From NCBI GenBank assembly GCA_963716985.1, contig OY970323.1, positions 1 to 64,000 on the forward strand: 64,000 nucleotides of DNA. The letters are read 5' to 3'. A program made the position numbers and the translations under genes. This stretch comes from an uncultured bacterium (GTDB lineage: Bacteria; Chlamydiota; Chlamydiia; Chlamydiales; SM23-39). Under the pieces are notes generated by a model. That model ran no database searches and had not been told where the DNA came from. It saw only the letters and a program-made list of their open reading frames with translations. Positions 1-11,292 of the stretch are shown here, piece after piece (position 1 is the stretch's first letter; the number at the start of each line of letters is the position of its first letter).

Positions 1-2343
1 GCCGTTCACGTGAATGGCTATCGATCCCGTATAGCTCACCGCACCCGTCGTTTTAACGGTCGAGCTTTGCGTAATGGTGGCTGCTGTCGCACTTAAAGAG
101 GACAGCGGAGTGGTTCCGCCAACTGCCCCAGTAAAGGTTGTCGTTCCTGATCCCCCCGTGATAGTTAGCGCCTGTGCGCCGTCCAGCGTACTGCCAAAAC
201 TGATATTCGCATTGTTCGATGTGATGTTGCTCGTTCCTGTTATACTGACGGGATCGGGAAACGTTAAAGTATTGGCGCCAGACATCGTAATGTTGGAGCC
301 AACCTGAATAAGGGCTGCGTTAGTAAAAGTCAGATTCGTTAATGGAGCTGTATTGCCGACAGCGCCATTAAAGGCCACCGTTCCCGTACCAGCGTCCAGA
401 GTCAAAGCTTGCGCACCGTTCAACGTGCTGCTAAAAGTGATATTCTGACCGGTATAGGCTGAATTGTAAGAGGTGATGTTGCTCGTCGTCGTTATGCTGA
501 CGGGAGATGGAAACGTTAAGGGATCGGCGCCCTTTGCTATGATATTGGCGCCAATCTGGATGAGTCCGGCACCATTAAAAATGAGATTCACACCAGCCGG
601 CGGTATCGTCAATCCGCCCACATTTCCTAGAAAAGCAATCGTTCCCGTAGTTCCGGCATTCATGGTATGTGTGTGGTTTCCATCGAGGGTGCCGTTATAA
701 GTAATATTCGCCCCATTGGGCGACGCCCCCGAATTGGTCGTGTCTAAAACGACCGCTGCTGAACCAAGTACGATGGAACCGTTTAGCGTGATCGGTTGGC
801 CTTGGGTCGTAATCCCCCCCCCGCCTGCCCCGCATAATGTGATAGCACCAGTATTTGCTGATGCTGTCAACGTCAGCGAGGATCCGCTTCCCATCGCAAT
901 AGGAGTATTGATAAAGATTTTGCTAGAAGTACTGTTCGTCGCACAAATTGAGACTGCGGTATTCGTTAAGACTGTAAAAACAGACGCATTGATACTCCAT
1001 GTAGTTGCGTCAAAACAATTTGGAGCCGAGACATTGGCCAACGTCGCTGTTCCACCGCTAGCTACAATAGTTACACTAGTCGGATCCAGAAGCCATTCTC
1101 CGCGTTGGCCCTCTGACGCAGACGTAACGACTCGTCCTTTAGCAATACCGAGGTTCACTTTCCCCGACGTCTCGACAAAGCCGCCGTTACCCCATTCAAC
1201 GCCACCTCTGACAGAGATACTTCCATCAAAAACCGTCGTACTATCGGACCAGACGATAACCTTGCCTCCATTGCCACTATTCCGAGCATCGGCGTAAATC
1301 TCCGAATTTTCATCGACCCAGGTCGTTTTTGCATTGTGAAACGGCTCCTTGCCCTGAAAGCCCCCTCCAATTAACACCTCGCCGCCGCCTGCATCTCCAG
1401 AGGCGTTAATCTGGGCGCCTTGTAACAAAACATGATCCCCTAAGACATGAACGATCCCGCCTTTTTCACCTGCATTTGCGTTTGAAGCATCGATTAGACC
1501 CTCGACATTTACCTTCGAACCGTCGCCACCATTGATAAAGATTTGCTTTGCTGCGATTTGGCTGCGACTAACCAGATGGATCACGCCGCCGATCTCTTCG
1601 AGAGCGCTTGCCGGAGTAATGCCGTCGGTATTGACCACGGTCTTGATCGCTTTTTCGGCAGCTTTGAGAGAAAGCTCTACACTTCCATTCGCAGCTTGAA
1701 TCTCTCCATAGTTTTCAATTAAAGCGTTTTTGAGATCGCCCTCGACGGAAAACCGGATCAGGCCATCTCCCGTAAAATCCAACACCACTTTTTCAGCGGA
1801 GGCGAGAACGACTTTGTCTGCATGTGCGATCAAAGAGCCCTTGTTATTAATAAGGGGTGAAAAAAGAGCAATAGAGCCCTCAGCGAAAATAGATCCTTCG
1901 TTGGTGATAGAAGCGTTTTGACTTCCCGATTCTTGGAAAAAGCAATACTTTTCCTGTAAAAAGTCTTCATCGAGAATGTTGAGCGTCGAGGCAATAAGAG
2001 AGCCGGTGTTGACAGTTGCGTTTTTACCAAAGTAAATCCCTTGAGGATTGATGAGGAAAAAGCGGCCGTTGGCTTGGAGCTTTCCTAAAATTTTCGAGGG
2101 ATCATTTCCGACAACGCGGTTTAATACACAGCTTTTGGAAGAGGGCTGGACAAATGCGACGCTTTCGTTTTCTAAAATGTTGAATTTGTGGTAATTAATG
2201 ATGGCTTTGTCAGATGTTTCGACTCGTAAATGGCCCGCATGGGGAGACGAAAAGTCCGCCCTTCCGGCCTTTACCTCTTTTGGTTCAGGTTCTGCCCAAA
2301 GAGAAGATGCGAACATGATGAAAAGAAGAAACTTTTTTCTCAA
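1..2343 (-). CDS. Filamentous haemagglutinin-like two-partner secretion exoprotein (TpsA); 5' part only, continues beyond window start
   Basis: Not in the ORF track because it has no stop in the window. Minus-strand frame from TTG at 2343 reads LRKKFLLFIMFASSLWA (signal peptide), then AIINYHKFNI...VLNRVVGNDPSKILGKLQANGRFFLINPQGIYFG (TPS/haemagglutination-activity domain), then G/T/N-rich beta-helix repeats (84-codon repeat at ~221 and ~473). Confidence 0.88.
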   Translation of the reverse strand, partial: MRKKFLLFIMFASSLWAEPEPKEVKAGRADFSSPHAGHLRVETSDKAIINYHKFNILENESVAFVQPSSKSCVLNRVVGNDPSKILGKLQANGRFFLINPQGIYFGKNATVNTGSLIASTLNILDEDFLQEKYCFFQESGSQNASITNEGSIFAEGSIALFSPLINNKGSLIAHADKVVLASAEKVVLDFTGDGLIRFSVEGDLKNALIENYGEIQAANGSVELSLKAAEKAIKTVVNTDGITPASALEEIGGVIHLVSRSQIAAKQIFINGGDGSKVNVEGLIDASNANAGEKGGIVHVLGDHVLLQGAQINASGDAGGGEVLIGGGFQGKEPFHNAKTTWVDENSEIYADARNSGNGGKVIVWSDSTTVFDGSISVRGGVEWGNGGFVETSGKVNLGIAKGRVVTSASEGQRGEWLLDPTSVTIVASGGTATLANVSAPNCFDATTWSINASVFTVLTNTAVSICATNSTSSKIFINTPIAMGSGSSLTLTASANTGAITLCGAGGGGITTQGQPITLNGSIVLGSAAVVLDTTNSGASPNGANITYNGTLDGNHTHTMNAGTTGTIAFLGNVGGLTIPPAGVNLIFNGAGLIQIGANIIAKGADPLTFPSPVSITTTSNITSYNSAYTGQNITFSSTLNGAQALTLDAGTGTVAFNGAVGNTAPLTNLTFTNAALIQVGSNITMSGANTLTFPDPVSITGTSNITSNNANISFGSTLDGAQALTITGGSGTTTFTGAVGGTTPLSSLSATAATITQSSTVKTTGAVSYTGSIAIHVNG

Positions 2344-2600
2344 AACGGCTGCCCTGTTAATTTGATATAAACAAAGGGACTCTTGCTGCTATTTCGGTGG
2401 TTCAAGGGAAAACCGACATCCAGACTAAAGGTCAAGGAATTAAGGACCATTCACTCTTAGCCCCACGCCAGATCCCCATTCGAATGTGCTCTTTTCCGAT
2501 TGAAGAAACACCCCGCCATGGTCAACAAAGCCCGCAATTTGGACCATCTCCTTCCAACTTTTCTTTGCCATAAAAAATCTTTTATTGGCAAGAATTGGAA
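2340..2600 (-). pseudogene. C-terminal remnant of a TpsB (ShlB/FhaC/HecB-type) outer-membrane transporter
   Basis: Reads PILANKRFFMAKKSWKEMVQIAGFVDHGGVF...GSGVGLRVNGP, then after a 1-nt frameshift near 2440 LTFSLDVGFPLNHRNSSKSPFVYIKLTGQPF-stop. It ends in a terminal Phe and the stop overlaps the tpsA TTG start. The 5' boundary is approximate. Confidence 0.7.
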
Positions 2601-2757
2601 TGAATCGATCAATATAAGAGATGATTCCTTCAGCAAAAGTAGCTGAAGAATAGGTGGCTTGCCACTTAAAGCCGCGCGTAATGATTAGAAACTCCCTATT
2701 GCACAAAGCAGCAGGGAGTTGACGAATAAACCGTATACACAAAAGGAGATCTTTTTT

Positions 2758-2967
2758 ATGAAACAATCCCTATTTTTACTTGCGCTTTTTTTCCTACCAA
2801 CCGCTTTTATTTTTGCAGATAACACAAGCGGAGCGCCCATCAAAAGCCAATCGACGGAGATCAAAACAAATAGATCGCTTCCGCCGGAGCGCTTTCCCTC
2901 GAACGGCGCATGCGATTGCAAAAAATCCAAAAAGCCGCCGGAGAGCCCCAAACCAAAAATGGTTTGA
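2758..2967 (+). CDS. Small secreted hypothetical protein (69 aa)
   Basis: AGGAG RBS before ATG 2758; signal-peptide-like MKQSLFLLALFFLPTAFIFA; basic, Pro-rich tail with a CDC motif. Confidence 0.6.
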   Translation: MKQSLFLLALFFLPTAFIFADNTSGAPIKSQSTEIKTNRSLPPERFPSNGACDCKKSKKPPESPKPKMV

Positions 2968-3039
2968 AGTTTGCGCTCGTGTGATTTTAATGGAATTTGC
3001 ATCAGAGAGGATCGAAGAGATCCTCTCTTGAGTTTTTTC

Positions 3040-3261
3040 TTAATGAGAGTGGTTGTGAGAACATCCCGAGTGGCAGCAAGAACAAGAGCTTTCGGTTTTT
3101 TTTGCAGAGTTTGTCTGCAGCGTTGCATCTCTGCCGCCAATCGTTCGTTTCAACGTCTGTTTTTTACATTGAGGACAGAGCTCTAAAGGTTCTTCGGTAA
3201 TTTTTTGAAACGCCTCCTGGCGATGTTGGCACTTGCTACATATATAAAGGTATGTCGGCAT
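3040..3261 (-). CDS. FmdB-family zinc-ribbon protein
   Basis: MPTYxYxCxxC...CPxC pattern; directly downstream of groEL on the same strand. Confidence 0.85.
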   Translation of the reverse strand: MPTYLYICSKCQHRQEAFQKITEEPLELCPQCKKQTLKRTIGGRDATLQTNSAKKTESSCSCCHSGCSHNHSH

Positions 3262-3282
3262 TGTGATCCTTTTGTAGGGCGC

Positions 3283-4977
<1,695 letters not shown>

Positions 4978-5271
4978 CTATTGTTGTACAATTGCTAACA
5001 CATCATCTTGGGAAAGGATGAGATATTCTCCCTCTCCGCGATGTTCGATCTGGTTTCCGCTATAAGACGCAAAAAGAATGCGGTCTCCTTTTTTCACCTG
5101 CATGGGCTCGACCTTGCCCTTGTCGCCGATCTTGCCCTCTCCAACCGCAATCACTTCGCCAAGCTGTGGTTTTTCCTGCGAGGTCTCCGGGAGAAGAATC
5201 CCCCCTTTGGATACGCGTGCATCGGCTCGTTTGATCAAAACTCTATTTCCTACCGGTTTTACATTTTTCAT
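4978..5271 (-). CDS. groES: Co-chaperonin GroES (Cpn10)
   Basis: KPVGNRVLIK...GGILLP...GEVIAVGEG...DVLAIV; start placed at the second Met (5271). Confidence 0.95.
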   Translation of the reverse strand: MKNVKPVGNRVLIKRADARVSKGGILLPETSQEKPQLGEVIAVGEGKIGDKGKVEPMQVKKGDRILFASYSGNQIEHRGEGEYLILSQDDVLAIVQQ

Positions 5272-5307
5272 AAACCACTTCCCCCAAAAAATTTTCACTC
5301 GAGAAAA

Positions 5308-5336
5308 ATGTTACGATGAAAAACGTTTTTCGTCAA
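5308..5336 (-). promoter_or_regulatory. Sigma70/sigma66-type promoter for groES-groEL
   Basis: Minus strand TTGACG-N17-TAACAT about 37 nt upstream of the groES start. Confidence 0.55.
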
Positions 5337-5352
5337 ATAGATGCTTCTCTAG

Positions 5353-5379
5353 ATGGCAAGATCTAGGCCTAAGTGCTAA
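5353..5379 (-). promoter_or_regulatory. Degenerate CIRCE (HrcA operator)
   Basis: Minus strand TTAGCACTT-N9-TCTTGCCAT versus consensus TTAGCACTC-N9-GAGTGCTAA, just upstream of the groESL -35 box. Confidence 0.55.
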
Positions 5380-5458
5380 AAATGCAAAAGAAATTTATGT
5401 TTTTCAAAAGGTGTTTTTTATGTTATAGATTGCGGTCTTTTTTGATGCGAGTAGCTGC

Positions 5459-8400
5459 ATGTCGGACAATGTGCCCAAGGGCAATTTTTTTGAAGAGGCA
5501 AGAGCTCTTCTTGATTCTGTCAAAGGAAAACCTTTGCCTGCCAAAGAGAGGAGTAAAAAAGCAGTCGAGCTCGCGTCTTTTATTCTTTCGGATGCACAAA
5601 AAGATCCGCTCTCTTCCCGTCAAAAAAAGTGGAAGACCTTCACAAAACTTCTCCAAAATTCCTCCTATCGCTCCCTTGTTTTGAATCTGATCGACCAATC
5701 GCTGCGCAGTAAATCCCCAAAAAGGATCGCAGACATGGTCTCTTTTCTTCTTCAGCTCGGCATTCCCGCCTGTCTGTCTTTCAAATCCAAAGCCCTGCTT
5801 CTTTCCTTTCGTCTTTTCGGCTCTTTTTTTCCGGGTATATTCGTTCCCGCTTTTTTTCATTATTTAAAAAAACAGGCCTCGGAATTATTTTTTTCGGCCG
5901 ATTCTAAGGATTTATGGAAGCGCATCGAACAAAAGAAAGGAGCTATTCTCAACATCTACTACCTCTCGGAAAACGTTCTATCGGACCAAGAAGGAAAAAA
6001 CTGGCTCCAAACCTATCTCAAAGATCTGGAAAATCCGCATGTACAATACCTTTCCGTTAAGGTATCTGCTCTCGGAGCACCTCTTTTTCCGGAGAGCTGG
6101 GACCTATGCTCTGAAAAATGGGCCGAAAGACTGCGCCGGCTTTATCGCGCCGCTATCGCAAATGCCACAAAAAAGCCGGATGGATCCAAACAAAATAAGT
6201 TCATCAACCTGGACATGGAAACCTACTCTTCCATGCCTATGATCGTCGATCTTTTCAAAAAAGTCTTAAGCGAGAAGGAGTTTTTGTCTTTCTCTGCCGG
6301 AATTACCCTCCAATCCTACCTTCCCGAATCCTATCAGATCCAGCAAGAGCTTACCGCCTTTGCAAAAGAGCGCATCCAAGAGGGCGGAGAGCCCATTAAG
6401 ATTTGCCTTGTCAAGGGCGCCTATTTGGGAATCGAACAGGTAGAATCCTCAAAAAACGACTGGCCCCAAGCTCCCTTCACAAGCAAAATCGAGACCGATG
6501 CGAATTTCAAAAGGATGGCCCTCTTCGGAATGATCCCGGAAAATGCAAGAGCCGTTCACTTAGGGATCGCCACGCATAACATCTTTGATATTGCCTATAC
6601 TCTTCTCTTAAGCTCGGAAAATGAAATCTTTTCCTACGTCGACTGGGAGATGCCCGACAAACGCGTGGAACACTTGCAAGAATCGATCAAAAAATTGATC
6701 CAAAAAGAGATCATTCTTTACACCGCCGTCTCGCTATCAAACCAGTTTCACGAATCTTTCAACTATCTGATTCGCCGCATCGATGAGAGCACGGGACCGG
6801 AAAATTTTCTTCGCAGCGTCTATGAATTAAAACCTTCCAACCGTTTTTGGGAAGAACAGGAAACTCTTTTTTTGCAAAGCTGTGCGGAAATCGGAAATAT
6901 CCCCTGGGCCCCAAGAAGAGCGCAAAATCGCCATCTTCCCGATGAAGAAAAAGAATTCGCTCCCTTAGTTTTTCATAACGATCCCAAAACCGACTTTTCG
7001 TTAAAAGCCAATCGCACATGGGCAAAAACCATCGCCGCCGAGTGGAAAAATCCTACCCTTCCCCCGATTCCTTATAGCATGGGAAGCCGCCTTGTTTATG
7101 AGCCGGCCGTGGGCATTGGATATGATCCTTCCCATCCCCACATGCCTCTCTATCGTTTTGCAATTGCGGGAAAAGAGTCCTTGCTGAAAGCGATTTCCAT
7201 TGCCAAAGAAACGGAAAACTCTTGGGCAGAAACCCCTCTCGAAAAAAGAAATTCTTTGATGACAGAGCTCGTCAAAAAACTCAAAGAGAAAAGGAAAGAT
7301 TTAATCGGCAGCTTGATGCTCTCCTCGGGAAAAACGATTCGGGAAGCGGACCGAGAAATCTGCAATGCCATCGATACCGTTGAATATTATAAAAAAAGAA
7401 TGGGAAGGCTTCTGCGAATGAAGGATTTGAGCTGGCAGCCCAAAGGAACGATGCTCATCATGACTTCCTGGCGCGATCCCTATTCCCTTGCCATCGGGCA
7501 TATCGCGGCAGCTCTTTTGACGGGCAACACGGTTCTCTTCAAACCCGCTTTCGATACCGTTTTGACCGGATGGCATACCGCCTCTCTTTTTTGGGAAGCG
7601 GGCGTGCCCAAAGAAGTTCTTCAATTTTTAATCGCCACGAATGAAGAATCAGCGGAAACTTTAATTCCCGATCCAAGGATCGTTTCTCTTATTTTGTCGG
7701 GCCAGTTCTCCACGGCAAGAAAAGCTCTCGAACTGCACCCGGGAATCGATCTGATTGCCCACACAAACGGCAAAAACGCCATCATCGTTTCCGCCATCTG
7801 CGATCGCGGTCTGGCAGTTGAACATGTCATTGCTTCGGCCTTTAATTTTTCCGGACAAAAATACTCCTCTGCCTCTCTGGCCATTTTAGAAAAAGAGGTC
7901 TATGAAGATGCAACTTTTCTCAGAAATTTGCGCGAATCTGCCTCCGGTTTAAAGGTGGGCTCTGCGCTCGATTTGGACACGCAGATCGGCCCCCTGATCC
8001 ACAGGCCGAGCGAGGAGTTATTGCGCTGTTTGACCCGTTTAGAAAAAGGAGAGGAGTGGCTTTTGCAGCCCAAAGAAGATCCCGCAAACAGCCATCTGTG
8101 GAGTCCGGGAATCAAGCTCGGGGTCACCGTAGAATCTCCCTCCTTCCAATGCCTTGAGCCGGGCCCCCTCTTGAGCCTTATGAAAGCAGAGTCCCTTCCC
8201 GATGCCATGCGAATCGTCAACCAAAGCACCTTTGGACTCACAATCGGCCTGGAGAGTTTAGACGCACGAGAACAGATGAACTATCTTTCGAAGGTCGAAG
8301 CGGGCAATTGCACCATCAATCGCAGTATCTCGGTGCCCGTCACCTTTCGCGATCCCTTTGGCGGATGCAAGAACAGCAGTTTCGGCAACGGCTATAAAAT

Positions 8401-9067
8401 CGGCGGGCCCAATTTTCTTTTCGGATGCGTCTCGATCAGTCAAATTTCTCTTCCCAAAGAAAAAAAACCCATCAACGAATCGGTCAATAATTTGGCCTCC
8501 TTCATTGAAAAAATCGATCTCTCCGCAGAAGAGCTGGGCCGCTGGTATGCAAGCCTTGCCAATTATTCATATTGGTGGAATCGCATGAAACAAAAGAGAG
8601 ATCCCTCCAAAATTGTCGGACAGGACAACCTCTTTGGATACGTTGCTAGAAAAAACGTTTTTTTGCGCGTGGAAAAAAACTCCTCTCCCCTCGACACCCT
8701 TCTCATCTGCGCAGCCGCCCTTACCTGCGAATGCCCTCTCGAGATCAGTTGCGATCTTTCCCGAGAAAAGGAGATTGCCTGGCAGGATCTCTTTCCTCTC
8801 TTGCATGTCACCGATGAAACCAAAGAGAGCCTTATTGAAAAACTAGAAAGCGGATCGATCCGGCGGCTCCGCTTCGCCGAAAAAGCTCCTCCCTCCTTCA
8901 TCACGGCCGCTTCCAAATCCGGCTGTTATATCATTGATGCCCCTCCTCTTTCCAACGGAAGGATCGAGCTTTTGCACTACGCCCGAGAAGTCTCGATTAG
9001 CTATGACTATCATCGCTATGGCAATTTGGGCCTTCGCGAAAGCGAGCTGCGCAAGGTCCCCTATTGA
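5459..9067 (+). CDS. putA: PutA-like bifunctional proline dehydrogenase / P5C dehydrogenase fold protein with a degenerate ALDH active site
   Basis: PRODH motifs SVKVSAL, NLDME, LVKGAY, ATHN and YLIRRIDE, followed by an ALDH-fold domain (GNTVLFKP, PFGGCKNSSFG). The catalytic Cys and Glu are replaced (see findings). Confidence 0.85.
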   Translation: MSDNVPKGNFFEEARALLDSVKGKPLPAKERSKKAVELASFILSDAQKDPLSSRQKKWKTFTKLLQNSSYRSLVLNLIDQSLRSKSPKRIADMVSFLLQLGIPACLSFKSKALLLSFRLFGSFFPGIFVPAFFHYLKKQASELFFSADSKDLWKRIEQKKGAILNIYYLSENVLSDQEGKNWLQTYLKDLENPHVQYLSVKVSALGAPLFPESWDLCSEKWAERLRRLYRAAIANATKKPDGSKQNKFINLDMETYSSMPMIVDLFKKVLSEKEFLSFSAGITLQSYLPESYQIQQELTAFAKERIQEGGEPIKICLVKGAYLGIEQVESSKNDWPQAPFTSKIETDANFKRMALFGMIPENARAVHLGIATHNIFDIAYTLLLSSENEIFSYVDWEMPDKRVEHLQESIKKLIQKEIILYTAVSLSNQFHESFNYLIRRIDESTGPENFLRSVYELKPSNRFWEEQETLFLQSCAEIGNIPWAPRRAQNRHLPDEEKEFAPLVFHNDPKTDFSLKANRTWAKTIAAEWKNPTLPPIPYSMGSRLVYEPAVGIGYDPSHPHMPLYRFAIAGKESLLKAISIAKETENSWAETPLEKRNSLMTELVKKLKEKRKDLIGSLMLSSGKTIREADREICNAIDTVEYYKKRMGRLLRMKDLSWQPKGTMLIMTSWRDPYSLAIGHIAAALLTGNTVLFKPAFDTVLTGWHTASLFWEAGVPKEVLQFLIATNEESAETLIPDPRIVSLILSGQFSTARKALELHPGIDLIAHTNGKNAIIVSAICDRGLAVEHVIASAFNFSGQKYSSASLAILEKEVYEDATFLRNLRESASGLKVGSALDLDTQIGPLIHRPSEELLRCLTRLEKGEEWLLQPKEDPANSHLWSPGIKLGVTVESPSFQCLEPGPLLSLMKAESLPDAMRIVNQSTFGLTIGLESLDAREQMNYLSKVEAGNCTINRSISVPVTFRDPFGGCKNSSFGNGYKIGGPNFLFGCVSISQISLPKEKKPINESVNNLASFIEKIDLSAEELGRWYASLANYSYWWNRMKQKRDPSKIVGQDNLFGYVARKNVFLRVEKNSSPLDTLLICAAALTCECPLEISCDLSREKEIAWQDLFPLLHVTDETKESLIEKLESGSIRRLRFAEKAPPSFITAASKSGCYIIDAPPLSNGRIELLHYAREVSISYDYHRYGNLGLRESELRKVPY

Positions 9068-9183
9068 CGTCCGTTGTCTTAAAAAAATCTTTTAAAAGAA
9101 AACAGAGGCAAAAATGCATGCTCTTTTTTTAGTGCTGAAGAACTCATTTTTCCGCTAAAATAATTGGGAAAAAGAAGAATCCT

Positions 9184-11292
9184 ATGCAGCTCAATTCCGA
9201 ACAGCAAAAAGCCGTCGATCATTTCGAGGGCCCTCTTTTGGTACTGGCAGGCGCCGGATCCGGAAAAACGAGAGTCGTCACCGGCCGCATTGCCAAACTC
9301 TTAGAAAGGGGAGTGTTGCCCTCTGAAATTGTCGCCATTACCTTTACGAATAGAGCCGCAGACGAAATGCGCGAGAGGATCTACCAATTGACCCACCTGC
9401 GCATACTCGCTCTTACCTTTCATAGCCTATGCGCAAAAATTCTTCGCGAGTCGATCGACTCTCTTAGCTACCGAAAAGATTTTGTGATCTACGATGCGGA
9501 AGATTCTCTGCGTCTTTTAAAAAATTGTTTTCACTGCCTGCAAATCAAAGAAGAAAAGGGCCTTGTCAAAACAATTGAGAATAGGATCTCCCATGCAAAA
9601 AACCATCTGCTCTTTTCTCTGCCTACCTTTCCCAAAACGGAAGAAGAAAGAGTCTTTGCATCGATCTTTCCCCTCTACCAAAGAAGGCTCAAAGAATGTA
9701 ACGCGCTCGATTTTGACGATCTGCTCTCATTGACAGTCGAGCTCTTGCAAAAAGATCCGATTGCAAAAGACAAATACCAAAAGCAATGGTCCTTTCTTCT
9801 CATCGATGAGTACCAAGACACCAATGTAGCGCAATACACCATCGCAAAAATCCTCTCCGAAAAACACTCTAACCTCTGCGTCGTCGGCGATCCCGATCAA
9901 TCGATCTACTCCTGGCGAGGGGCCCGCTATGAAAACATTCTCCATTTTGACAAAGACTTCCCCGGATCCACCGTCATCTACTTGGAGCAAAACTATCGAA
10001 GCTCCGAGAACATACTCTCTGCGGCCAATAGTCTGATCTCTCAAAATCACCGCCGGTATAAAAAAAAGCTCTGGGGCGCCCTTGGCAAGGGAGAAAAAGT
10101 TTTTTTCGCCAAGACATATGATGAGGAAAAAGAGGCCCTGTTTATTTTGGACCGTCTCTTGGCGCACCATCGAAATGATTGCATTCCCTTCGAAGAGATC
10201 GTCATTTTTTACCGCACCAACGCCCAATCGCGCATGTTTGAGGATCTGCTGATCAAACAAAAAATCCCTTACGTCATTTATGGCGGACTTTCTTTTTATC
10301 AACGAAAAGAGATCAAGGACCTTCTCTCTTTTTTGCGCCTCATTCTCTCCGACAGCGATCTCATCTCTTTTCTTCGAACGATCCACATTCCAAAGAGAGG
10401 ATTCGGAGCCACCACCATCGAGCGCATCGTAAAAATTTCGGAAGAAGAAAAAATCAGCCCTCTTTGCCTGTGCCGCAAACTTCTTGAGAAGAATGCATTT
10501 CCCGTTTCTCTAAACGCCTCTCAGAGAAAAAATCTGCAGCACTATCTGGACACCCTTGACATCTTGCGCAACATGCATCAAGCAAACGTTTCTTTAGAAG
10601 ATCTGCTTCATGCCGTGATCGAAAAATTTTCCTATCTGGACTATCTGAAAGAGAATCCCGAGACTTTTGAAGACCGATTGGAAAACGTCAATGCTTTGAT
10701 TGCAAAAACCATCGAATGGCAAGAAGAAAAAAAGGGCAATGCTCTCTCTCTTTTTCTCGAAGAGCTTTCCCTGCTTTCTACCGTTGAGGAGAAGAGGAAA
10801 GAGTCGGTTCGCCTCATGACCCTTCACAACGGTAAAGGGCTAGAATTTTCCCTAGTTTTTATCGCCGGGCTCGAAGAGGATCTCTTTCCCCACATCAGTG
10901 CGCAGGAAAGCTTGGAAGGAATCGAAGAAGAAAGGCGTCTTTGCTACGTGGGGCTCACAAGAGCGAAAAAACTTCTCTATATGACATCCGCAGAATATAG
11001 ATTTTTATGGGGCACTCTGCGTCCGATGAGGCCGTCTCGTTTTTTAAAGGAGATTGCACCTGAGTTCGTACAGAAAATTGCGCCCACCCTATCCTCTGCT
11101 GAAGAAGAAATCTTCGATGAGAAGAAAAGACTGCAGCCCAAAGATCGCGTTCTTCACCGGGTTTTCGGAGTGGGAACCATCCAAAAAGTCTCTATGACCT
11201 CTCTTGGGGAAAGCTATGACGTTTTCTTTGACAAGGATCAGACCACGCGATCGCTTATTGCAAAATATGCAAAGCTCAGGCTTTACGTTTGA
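9184..11292 (+). CDS. uvrD: UvrD/PcrA superfamily-1 DNA helicase
   Basis: AGAGSGKT, IDEYQDTN, VGDPDQSIYSWRGA, LEQNYRS, EEERRLCYVGLTRA. Confidence 0.95.
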   Translation: MQLNSEQQKAVDHFEGPLLVLAGAGSGKTRVVTGRIAKLLERGVLPSEIVAITFTNRAADEMRERIYQLTHLRILALTFHSLCAKILRESIDSLSYRKDFVIYDAEDSLRLLKNCFHCLQIKEEKGLVKTIENRISHAKNHLLFSLPTFPKTEEERVFASIFPLYQRRLKECNALDFDDLLSLTVELLQKDPIAKDKYQKQWSFLLIDEYQDTNVAQYTIAKILSEKHSNLCVVGDPDQSIYSWRGARYENILHFDKDFPGSTVIYLEQNYRSSENILSAANSLISQNHRRYKKKLWGALGKGEKVFFAKTYDEEKEALFILDRLLAHHRNDCIPFEEIVIFYRTNAQSRMFEDLLIKQKIPYVIYGGLSFYQRKEIKDLLSFLRLILSDSDLISFLRTIHIPKRGFGATTIERIVKISEEEKISPLCLCRKLLEKNAFPVSLNASQRKNLQHYLDTLDILRNMHQANVSLEDLLHAVIEKFSYLDYLKENPETFEDRLENVNALIAKTIEWQEEKKGNALSLFLEELSLLSTVEEKRKESVRLMTLHNGKGLEFSLVFIAGLEEDLFPHISAQESLEGIEEERRLCYVGLTRAKKLLYMTSAEYRFLWGTLRPMRPSRFLKEIAPEFVQKIAPTLSSAEEEIFDEKKRLQPKDRVLHRVFGVGTIQKVSMTSLGESYDVFFDKDQTTRSLIAKYAKLRLYV

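Noticed and set aside
74..1297. Plus-strand ORFs of 75-193 aa
   Set aside because: They are antisense shadows of the minus-strand tpsA reading frame.
2440..2766. 108-aa minus-strand ORF as an independent gene
   Set aside because: Its C-terminal half is the tpsB remnant and continues in another frame; the N-terminal half looks non-coding.
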